Positions 38,859 to 48,900 of a stretch of 64,000 nt of DNA are shown one piece after another. Below the pieces are notes generated by a model, which worked only from the letters and a program-made list of their open reading frames with translations, was not told where the DNA came from and ran no database searches. The stretch's first letter is position 1, and every line of letters starts with the position of its first letter. Origin of the DNA: Squalus acanthias (lineage: Eukaryota); contig CM059432.1 in the NCBI GenBank assembly GCA_030390025.1, forward strand, positions 106,642,001 through 106,706,000. The letters are read 5' to 3'. Made by a program: the position numbers and the translations under genes.

Positions 38859-41800
38859 TCATAGAATCATAGAAGATAGGAGCAGGAGTAGGCCATTCAG
38901 CCCCTCGAGCCTGCTCCGCCATTCAATGAGATCATGGCTGATCATCCAAATTCAGTACCCTGTCCCTGCCTTCTCTCCATATCCCTTGATCCCTTTAGCT
39001 TTAAGAAATATATCTAACTCCTTCTTGAATATATTTAATGAATTGGCCTCTACTGCCTTCTGTGGTAGAGAATTCCACAGGTTCACCACTCTCTGGGTGA
39101 AGAAATTCCTCCTCATCTCAGTCCTAAATGGCTTACCCCTTATCCTTAGACTGTGACCCCTGGTTCTGGACTCCCCGGCCATCGGGAACATCCTTCCTGC
39201 ATCTAGTCTGTCTCGTCCCGTTACAATTTTATAAGTTTCAATGAGATCCCCTCTCATTCTTCTAAACTCCAGCGAGTATAAGCCCAATCGACCCAATCTC
39301 TCTTCATACGTCATTCCTGCCATCCCAGGTATCAGCCTTGTGAATCTTCGCTGAACTCCTTCCATGGCAAGAACATCCTTCCTCAGATAAGGCGACCAAA
39401 ACTGCACACAGTACTCAAGGTGTGGTCTCACCAAGGCCCTGTACAACTGCAGCAAGACATCCTTGTTCCTGTACTCAAACCCTCTCGCTATGAAGGCCAA
39501 CATACCATTTGCCTTCTTAACCGGCTGCTGCACCTGCATGCTTACCTTCAGCGACTGGTGCACAAGGACACCCAGGTCTCGTTGCACTTCCCCTTCTCCC
39601 AATCTATTGCCATTCAGATAATCTGCCTTTCTGTTTTTGACACCAAAGTGGATAACCTCGCATTTATCCACGTTATATTGCATCTGCCACGCCTCTGTCC
39701 AATCACCCAACCTGTCCAAATCATCCTGGAGTTTCTCGGCATCCTCCTCGCAGCACACACGCCCACCCAGTTTTGTGTCGTCTGCAAACTTGGAGATATT
39801 ACATCTAGTTCCCTTGTCTAGATCATTAATATATATTGTGAATAGCTGGGGTCCAAGGACCAATCCCTGCGGTACCCCACTAGTCACTGCCTGCCACTCG
39901 GAAAAAGACCCGTTTATTCCAACTCTTTGCTTTCTGTCTGCCAACCAGTTCTCTATCCAAGTCAATACCTTGCCCCCAATCCCATGTGTCTTAACTTTAC
40001 ACGCTAATCTCTTATGCGGGACCTTATCAAAAGCCTTTTGGAAGTCCAAATACACCACATCCACTGGTTCTCCCTTATCTATTTTACCAGTTACATCCTC
40101 AAAAAATTCCAGTAGATTAGTCAAGCATGATTTACCTTTTGTAAATCCATGTTGACTTTGTCCGATCCTGTCACTGTTTTCCAAGTGCTCAGCTATTACA
40201 TCTTTTATAATGGACTCTAGCATTTTCCCCATTTTCTCTCTACCACCCTTTTTGAATAGTGGGGTAACATTAGCTACCCTCCAATCCATGGGTACTGTTC
40301 CAGATTCCATCGAATGTTGGAAGATGATCAGCAATGCATCTACTATTTCTAGGGCCACTTCCTTAAGTACCTTAGGATGTAGATTATCAGGCCCTGGGGA
40401 TTTATCGGCCTTCAATCCCTACAAATACTGATTTCTTTCAGTTCCTCCCTTTCATCAGACCCTATGTTCCCCAACATCTCTGGGAGGTTATTTGTGTCCT
40501 CCTTTGTGAAGACAGAACCAAAATATGTATTTAATTGGTCTGCCATTTCTTTGTTCCCCATTATAAGTTCCCCTGATTCTGACTGCAAGGGACCTATGCT
40601 TGATTTCACTAATCTCTTTCTCTTCACATATCTATAAAAGCTTTTACAGTCAGTTTTTATGTTCCCTGCAAGCTTACTCTCGTATTCTATTTTCCCCTTC
40701 TTAATTAATCCCTTTGTCCTCCTTTGTTGAATCTTAAACTGCTCCCAATCCTCAGGGTTACTGCTCTTTCTGGCCAATTTATATGCCCTCTCCTTGGATC
40801 TTATGCTCTCCCTAATTTCCCTTGTTAGCCACGGTTGAGTCACCCTTTTTGTTTTATTCTTATGCCAAACTGGGATGAACAAATTCTGTAGTTTGTCCAT
40901 GCGGTCTTTGAATGTTTGCCATTGCCTATCCACCGTCAACCCTTTGAGTGACATTCCCCAATCAATCCTACCCAACTCGCACCTCATACCATCGTAGTTT
41001 CCTTTATTTAAATTCAGGACCCTAGTCTCTGAGTCAACTACTTCACTCTCCATCCTAATGAAGAATTCTATCATATTATGATCGCTCCGACCCAAGGGGC
41101 CTTGCCCAACAAGATTGCTAATTAATCCTTTCTCATTGCATAATACCCAGTCTAAGATGGCCTGATCTCTGGTTGGTTCCTCGACATATTGGTCCAGGAA
41201 ACCATCCCGTAAACACTCCAGGAATTCCTCCTCCATAGTATTGTTACTAATTTGGTTAGCCCAATCTATATGTAGATTAAAGTCACCCATGATGACTGCT
41301 GTGCCCTTATTGCACGCTTCTCTAATTTCCCTTTTAATGCCATCCCCAACCTCCGCATTACTGTTTGGCGGTCTATATATCACTCCCACTAACGTTTTCT
41401 GCCCCTTGTTATTTCTCAGTTCAACCCATACAGATTCCACATCATCAGAGCTAATATCCTTCCTTTCAATTGTGTTAATCCCCTCTTTAACCAGCAATGC
41501 TACCCCACCTCCCTTTCCTTTTTGCCTATCTTTCCTGAATATTGAGTACCCCTGGATGTTGAATTCCCAGCCTTGACCACCCTGGGGCCATGTTTCAGTA
41601 ATCCCAATCAAATCATATTCGTTTACCTCTATTTGCGCAGCTAATTCATCCACCTTGTTCCGAATGCTCCTTGCATTAAGACTCAAAGCCTTCAGGCTTG
41701 TTTTTTTAACGCTCTTAGACCTATTAGAATTAGTATTTACTGTGGCCATGTTTGATTTAAACCGTTGTTTTCTCTGACTGCCACTTTTGTTTTTCTCCTT

Positions 41801-42913
41801 CCTATCTTTTGCTTTTATCCTTGTTTCCCTTTCCTCTGTCTCCCTGCTCAGGTTCCCAACTCCCTGCCATTTTAGTTTAAACCCTCCCCCAGAGCACGAG
41901 CAAACACTCCCCCTAGGACATCGGTCCCGGCCCTGCCCAGGTGTAGACCGTCCGGTTTGTACTGGTCCCACCTCCCCCAGAACTGGTTCCAATGCCCCAG
42001 GAATTTGAATCCCTCCCCCTTGCACCATTCCTCTAGCCACGTATTCATTTGAAATATCCTTCTATTTCTACTCTGACTAGCACGTGGCACTGGTAGCAAT
42101 CCTGAGATTACTACCTTTTGAGGTCCTATTTTTTAATTTACCTCCTAACTCCCTATATTCTGCTTTTAGGACCTCATCCCGTTTTTTACCTATATCGTTG
42201 GTACCTATATGCACCGCGACAACTGGCTGTTCCCCCTCCCCTTCCAAAATGCTCTGTAGCCGCTCTGAGACATCCTTGACCCTTGCACCAGGGAGGCAAC
42301 ATACCATCTTGGAGCCTCGTTTGCGGCAGCAGAAACGCCTATCTATTCCCCTTACAATAGAATCCCCTATCACTATAGCTCTCCCACTCTTTTTCCTGCC
42401 ATCCTGTGCAGCAGAACCACCTACGGTGCTAGGAAGTTGGCTGCTGCTGTCTTCCACTGATAATCCATCTCCCTCAACAATATCCAAAGCGGTATATCTG
42501 TTTGAGAGGGGGATGGCCACAGGGGACCCCTGCACTACCTGCCTGCGCCTATTACTCTGCCTGGTGGTCACCCATTCCCTTCCTGCCTGTACACCCTTTA
42601 CCTGCGGTGTGACCAACTCCCTAAACGTGCTATCCACGATGTCCTCAGCATCGCGAATGCTCCAGTATGCATCCATCTGCAGCTCCAGCGCCTCAATGCG
42701 GTCTTTCAGTAGCTGCAGCTGGATACACCTCCCGCACACATGGTTGTCAGGGACACCGGAACCTGGATTTGTAAGCCGCCTCGGGGCTCACCTTAAGTAC
42801 TGCCGCTCACCGCCTCTGTCGCCTCGCCGCTCTAGGCCTCGCTGCCGCCTCGGGGCTCACCTTAAGTACCGCCGCTCGCCGCCTCTGTTCCCTCGCAGGT
42901 CTGCCGCCTCGCC
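38859..42913 (-). mobile_element. Near-full-length CR1 LINE (ORF1 zinc-finger/esterase; ORF2 endonuclease + RT), inactivated
   Basis: ORF1 has CGRC, AIVIGDSIVRG, VHIGTND and DGLHL (SGNH esterase). ORF2 has LNARSIRNK, GITETW, MGDFN and SDHN (APE), plus YLDFQKAFDKVPH, GVPQG and FADDTK (RT). It carries frameshifts near 42,100 and 40,415, lacks the NYRPVSLT motif, and ends in a (CATAGAAT)n tail. Confidence 0.97.
42775..42913 (-). repeat. 69-bp GC-rich tandem units at the CR1 5' end
   Basis: GCCGCCTCGGGGCTCACCTTAAGTAC at 42775 and 42844, with a partial third unit at 42903. Confidence 0.8.
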
Positions 42914-43262
42914 GAAAGGTTTTGATAGAGTGGATAGAGAGAGAATGTTTCCACTTGTGGTGAAGAGCATATCTAGAGGCCATCAATATAAGCTAGTCAC
43001 CAAGAAATCCAATAGGGAATTCAGAAGAAACTTCTGTACCCAAAGAGTGGTGAGAATGTGGAACTCGCTACCACAGGGAGTGGTTGAAACGAATAGTTTT
43101 GATGCATTTAAGGGGAGGCGAGACAAGCATATGAGGGAGAAGGGAATAGAGGGTTACGCTGATAGATTTAGATGAGGAAAGATGGGAGGAGGCTTGAGTT
43201 GAGCATAAACGACGCCATGGACTGGTTGGGCCGAATAGCTGGATATCCTATGTAATCATATG
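42914..43262 (+). mobile_element. CR1 3' end, right part of the element begun at 38345
   Basis: KGFDRVDRERMFPLV...RGHQYKL...RRNFCTQRVVRMWNSLPQ...GIEGYADRFR*, followed by the 3' UTR. Confidence 0.92.
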
Positions 43263-43468
43263 TTACTGGGCTAGTAATTCAGAGGCCTGGACTAATGTTC
43301 CGGAGACATGAGTTCAAATCCCACCACGGCAGCTGGGGAATAAAAATTCAATTAGTTAAATAAAATCTGGAATAAAAAGCTAGTATCAGTAATGGTGACC
43401 ATGAAACGACTGGACTGTCGTAAAACCCCATCTGGTCCACTAATGTCCTTTAGGGAAGGAAATCTGCC
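43263..43468 (+). mobile_element. tRNA-derived SINE (second family), partial
   Basis: B-box-like GAGTTCAAATCCC preceded by ACTGGGCTAGTAAT.CAGAGG; body ends CCCATCTGGTCCACTAATGTCCTTTAGGGAAGGAAATCTGCC. Confidence 0.65.
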
Positions 43469-43479
43469 TTGACAGATCA

Positions 43480-44063
43480 TCTGAATTGCCTGAAAAATGA
43501 GTTTTGCTGGCGCAGAGTTGGGCAATTTGCCCAGCAATTGCCCACGCAACTCTTACGGCTGGTAAAAGCAGTCGTAGGGCATGCTTTCATCAGCATAAGG
43601 GTGCATATATAAGGCTTAAATAAAACATTTAAAAATCCAAAATTATGCACATGTACTTCAAATGAGTTTATGCAAATATTGACCTGGATTAAGATGTTTA
43701 AAATTATTTATCAAAAAATAAATTTTTTATTGAGGTTGGTGCAATGAAGGAACTTATGAATAAAATTGCAATTCAGTACATTTATAATTATTAGAATTCT
43801 GTACATTGTATAATTATTTGGGAATTCCATTGCATATCATTCGGGGATTATCTTCGTAAATGATTGCACTGGAATCCTCCTTTGTCATTGGAGGACCGGG
43901 TCCACGTGATCCCAGGGACGCTTCCGAACTACCTGTGTCCCTGGGATCTGGAGGCCCAAGACTGCAAATCTTCGCAGCCTGGACGCCAGGAGGTACTTTC
44001 GGAATTGTTTCGCGGGTCGGAGGTGTAGTCCGGAGGTACGCCTCCTACCACAATTTCTAGGCC
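43480..44063. mobile_element. Non-autonomous DNA transposon related to the 33.6-kb MITE
   Basis: Right end CAATTTCTAGGCC resembles TAATTTCTGGGCC; shares internal CACGTGATCCCAG and the GC-ends/AT-core layout. The left end is degraded. Confidence 0.55.
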
Positions 44064-44169
44064 GATGTGGCTCAAGTCTGCAGGGACTCCAATGCGAGAG
44101 GTGTTCTCATTTTAGTGTGCTGCGTATGGGAGCCCGAGGCTTCGCAAGGCCTGAACTAAATCACGTTAC

Positions 44170-44439
44170 CTGCACTCTTTGTGCTCTGGGATCCACTCCC
44201 GTGTCTAAGACGGCAATTAGAACTCCCCTGCCGTCGTACTCTAGGTACCGGGAGAGGAAAGACGCAGCGCTCTTTGGCAAAACTAAGAGTCATCAAGGTT
44301 CATGGTGGGGTTTGTTCAGGGCTCGGACAGCGGGGGGTGAGTCCAGGGCTCGGAGAGTGGGGGGCTCGTTCCAGGAGAGGAAAGACGCGGCGCCGGTCTC
44401 TTTCTTCGGTAAAACTAAGTTGTCGAGAGGTGCCGCCGT
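44170..44439 (-). pseudogene. TPP2: Relic of tripeptidyl-peptidase II exon 1 (unprocessed, internally duplicated, disabled)
   Basis: 44286-44170 translates as [39 protein letters not shown] followed by donor CAG|GTAACG; 44418-44374 translates as LVLPKKETGAASFLS. The vertebrate TPP2 N-terminus, from memory, is [41 protein letters not shown]. The start appears as ACG (GTC-ACG-GCG) at 44439, and two in-frame TGA codons lie between the copies. Confidence 0.88.
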
Positions 44440-44720
44440 GACTCGACGGAGGAGGCGTGTCCAGTGCGCAAGCGTAGCAGCGCCCCCACCAGCCAATGAT
44501 GAGCAGTGAATTTGGCGCGTTTTGGAAAAGTGGTTCACGGAGCCAGAGCGGGAGAGAGCCGCAGACAGACTTTAGGCTGGTTCCGAGACGCAAAAGGGAA
44601 GCAGACCTGCAGCGGTCCGGCAGTTTTATTTTTTTTAATTGCCCAGGTTCAGGGTCGCAGCCGATTCCCAGGCCGCAGTAACCCTGAGCGAGCTCTTCTT
44701 GGGGGTGCCCCACCCTCGCA
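44440..44720. promoter_or_regulatory. CpG-rich promoter-like segment upstream of the TPP2 relic, with CCAAT box
   Basis: High CpG density; AGCCAATG (NF-Y consensus) at 44491-44498, ~55 nt upstream of the decayed start codon. Confidence 0.5.
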
Positions 44721-44737
44721 AGATTCAGATGAATGCA

Positions 44738-44825
44738 CTCCGACAGTGCAGCACTCCCTCAGTAATGCAATGGATTGTCAGCCTAGATTCTTGTGCTCAA
44801 GTCTCTGGACTGGGACTTGAGCCAC
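44738..44825 (-). mobile_element. SacSINE1/DeuSINE-like fragment
   Basis: CTCCGACAGTGCAGCACTCCCTCAG...TGTCAGCCTAGATT..GTGCTCAAGTCTCTGGA.TGGGACTTGA matches 58796-58880. Confidence 0.8.
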
Positions 44826-45126
44826 ACCTGACACTAATGACGTGAGATAATTTAAAAGATAGGCTTTTAAAGGCAAGGGAGAGATGGAGCAAGATGAAGT
44901 AGTTTAGGGAGGGAGCTCCAGAGAGCAGGGCCGAGACTGTTGAAGTCTCTGGCACCGATGGTGGAGCGAGTGGTGTGAGGGAGGAAAGGGCTACACAGGA
45001 TGCCAGACTTCTGATGCACAACAATAACAAAATACCAGTGGTGGTTATTTCAGTTTTTCTGCTGTGCAATGTGATTGGATGTGTACATCTCCACATTTAC
45101 TCACAGTTAAATACTCAGTGATCGTT

Positions 45127-45435
45127 CAGAAGGAGGCCATTCAGCCCATCGTGCCTGTGCCAGCTCTGTGAAAGAGCTCCCCACCTAGTCCCATTCCTCT
45201 GCTCTTGATTTTTCAAATATTTATCCCGTTTCCTTTTTAAAAGCTATTCTGGATTCTGTTTCCCCCACTTATTCTGGTTGCGCATTCCATGTCCCTAAAA
45301 ATAATTCTCCCTACATCTCCCTTTGTTTTCCTGGTGATGTTCTTAAATTTATGTTCTCTAGTTACCAACTCACAAACCAGTGGAAATAGTTTTCCTCATT
45401 TACCTGATCAAGACCCATCATAATTTTGAATTCCT
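45127..45435 (-). mobile_element. Old CR1 3' fragment
   Basis: AGAAGGAGGCCATTCAGCCCATCG 3'-UTR motif followed by decayed ORF2 end. Confidence 0.65.
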
Positions 45436-45900
45436 AAGCATTTCTTTTCATTAGGTTAATATTTTGTGGTTGAAGCTGCCATTTAAACTTTTGATTTAAA
45501 GAGGAAGTATTCCTTAGGTTGAAAATATAAGTGTGCTTTGATAGAATATGATTTTCCTTGTAAGAATTTTAACTTCATATTCAGTTACTGTGCAAGATGT
45601 TGAGCAGAGTAGAATCCTGGTTGACCCGCTGGATTTGTTTTGCAAATGTAAGAATTTTGACAAACATTGCTCATTTTCTACTATTGTTATGTAGTTCATT
45701 ATTTACTTTTTTGAGTACTAGATTCTGATTATATGCAATACAAAATAAAGTCATGTCACTAATTTACAACTATTGAAGAGTTTTGACAGCGTTATTACTG
45801 CTAAACAAATGTTAAGAGCCTGGAAAACTCATTTTAATTTTGTGCAGTGTGAAATTTATCCATATTAATAAAAATTAAAATTTTTAAGAAACTTTTCAAA

Positions 45901-48900
45901 ACATAGAACATAGAACATAGAACATAGAACAGTACAGCACAGTACAGGCCCTTCGGCCCTCGATGTTGTGCCGAGCATTGTCCGAGACCAAGATCAAGCT
46001 ATCACACTCCCTATCACTCTGGTGTGCTCCATGTGCTTATCCAATAACCGCTTGAAAGTTCCTAAAGTGTCCGACTCCACTATCACAGCAGGCAGTCCAT
46101 TCCACACCCCAACCACTCTCTGAGTAAAGAATCTACCTCGGACATCCCTTCTATATCTCCCCCCATGCACCTTATAGTTATGCCCCCTTGTAACAGCTGC
46201 CTCTACCCGAGGAAATAGTCTCTGAACATCCACTCTATCTATCCCCCTCATCATCTTATAAACCTCTATTAAGTCGCCTCTCATCCTCCTCCGCTCTAAA
46301 GGGAAAAGCCCCAACTCCCTCAATCTTTCCTCATAAGACCTCCCCCCCAAACCAGGCAGCATCCTGGTAAATCTCCTTTGCACTCTTTCCAATGCTTCCA
46401 CGTCCTTCCTATAGTGAGGTGACCAGAACTGCACACAATATTCCAAATGTGGTCTCACCAAGGTCCTGTACAGTTGCAGCATAACCTCACGGTTCTTAAA
46501 CTCAAACCCTCTGTTAATAAACGCCAACACACCATAGGCCTTCTTTACTGCTCTATCCACTTGAGTGGCAACCTTCAGAGATCTGTGGATATGAACCCCC
46601 AGATCCCTCTGTTCCTCCACGTTCCTCAGAACCCTGCCGTTGACCCTGTAATCCTTATTCAAATTTGCCCTACCAAAATGAATCACCTCGCACTTATCAG
46701 GGTTAAATTCCATCTGCCATTTTTCGGCCCAGCTCTGCATCCTATCAATGTCTCTTTGCAGCCTACAACAGCCCTCCACCTCATCCACTACTCCACCAAT
46801 CTTGGTGTCATCAGCAAATTTACTGATCCACCCTTCAGTCCCCTCCTCCAAGTCATTGATAAAAATCACAAACAGCAGAGGACCCAGCACCGACCCCTGT
46901 GGCACACCGCTGGTAACTGGTCTCCAGTCCGAAAATGCTCCATCCACCACCACCCTCTGCCTTCTATGAGATAGCCAGTTACTTATCCAATCGGCCAAAT
47001 TTCCCTCTATCCCACAACTCACTTTCTTCATGAGCCGACCATGGGGAACCTTATCAAACGCCTTACTAAAATCCATGTATACGACATCAACTGCTCTACC
47101 TTCATCTACACACTTAGTTACCTCCTCAAAGAATTCAATCAAATTTGTTAGGCAAGACTTACCCTTCACGAATCCGTGTTGACTATCCCTGATTAAGTTG
47201 CCCCTTTCCAAATGGTCATAAATCCTATCCCTCAGGACCTTTTCCATTATCTTACCAACCACCGAAGTAAGACTAACCGGCCTATAATTACCAGGGTCAT
47301 TCCTATTTCCTTTCTTGAAGAGAGGAACAACATTCGCCACTCTCCAGTCCTCTGGCACCATTCCCGTGGACAGTGAGGACCCAAAGATCAAAGCCAGAGG
47401 CTCTGCAATCTCCTCCCTTGCCTCCCAAAGAATCCTAGGATATGTCCCATCTGGCCCAGGGGACTTATCGACCCTCAGGTTCTTCAAAATTGCTAAAACA
47501 TCTTCCCTCAGAACATCTACCATCTCCAGCCTATCCACCTTTATCACACTCTCATCCTCAAGAACATGGCCCCTCTCCTCGGTGAACACTGACGAAAAGT
47601 ATTCATTCATCACCTCTCCTATCTCTTCTGACTCCATGCACAAGTTCCCACTACTGTCCTTGACCGGCCCTACCCTCACCCTGGTCATTCTTTTATTTCT
47701 CACATAAGAGTAAAAAGCCTTGGGGTTTTTCTTGATCCGACCCGCCAAGGACTTCTCATGCCCCCTCCTAGCTCTCCTAAGCTCTTTTTTTAGCTCATTC
47801 CTTGCTACCTTGTACCCCTCAATCGACCCAACTGAACCTTGTTTTCTCATCCTTACATACGCTTCCTTTTTCCTCTTGACTAGACATTCAACCTCTTTTG
47901 TGAACCATGGTTCTCTCACTCGGCCATTTCCTCCCTGCCTGACAGGGACATACCTATCAAGGACACGCAGTAATTGCTCCATGAAAAAGCTCCACTTTTC
48001 GTTTGTGCCTTTCCCTGATAGTTTCTGTTCCCATCTTATACTCCCTAATTCTTGCCTAATCGCATCATAATTACCCCTCCCCCAATTATAAACCCTGCCC
48101 TGCCGTATGGCCCTATCCCTCTCCATTGCAAGAGTGAAAGTTACCGAATTGTGGTCACTATCTCCAAAGTGCTCTCCCACATACAAATCAAACACTTGGC
48201 CTGGTTCATTACCCAGTACCAAATCCAACGTGGCCCCAGCTCTTGTCGGCCTATCCACATATTGTGTCAGGAAACCCTCCTGCACACACTGTGCAAAAAC
48301 TATCCCATCCGAACTGTTTGACCTATAAAGGTTCCAATCAATATTTGGAAAGTTGAAGTCACCCATGACAACTACTCTGTGACCTCCACACCTATTCATA
48401 ATCTGCTTTGCAATTTCTTCCTCCACATCTCTATTACTATTTGGGGGCCTGTAGAAAACTCCTAACAACGTGACCGCTCCTTTCCTATTTCTAACTTCAG
48501 CCCATATTACCTCAGACGGCAGATCCCCCTCGAACTGCCTTTCTGCCGCTGTTAAACTATCCTTGAATAACAATGCTACTCCTCCACCTTTCTTACCAAC
48601 TTCCCTACTCTTACTGAAACATCTATACCCCGGAACTTCCAACAACCATTCCTGTCCCTGTTCTAACCATGTCTCCGTAATGGCCACCACATCGTAGTCC
48701 CAAGTACCAATCCACGCTCCAAGTTCTCCTACCTTATTCCGGATGCTCCTTGCATTGAAGTAGACACACTTCAAGCCATCTTCCTGTCTGCCGGTACATT
48801 CCTGCGACCTTGATACCCTCCTCAGTACCTCCCTACACTCACCACTGGCTCCTGGACTACAGCCCTTTTTCCCATCCCCCTGACAAATTAGTTTAAACCC

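Noticed and set aside
42084..43175. 363-aa + strand ORF
   Set aside because: A chance chimera of antisense CR1 ORF1 and the 3' end of the host CR1 it inserted into.
44170..44439. Functional TPP2 gene
   Set aside because: No ATG, in-frame stops, an internal duplication and deletion, and no further TPP2 exons recognised in the window.
44117..44509. 130-aa + strand ORF in the GC-rich island
   Set aside because: It is the antisense shadow of the TPP2 exon relic ([15 protein letters not shown] is the reverse of [15 protein letters not shown]).
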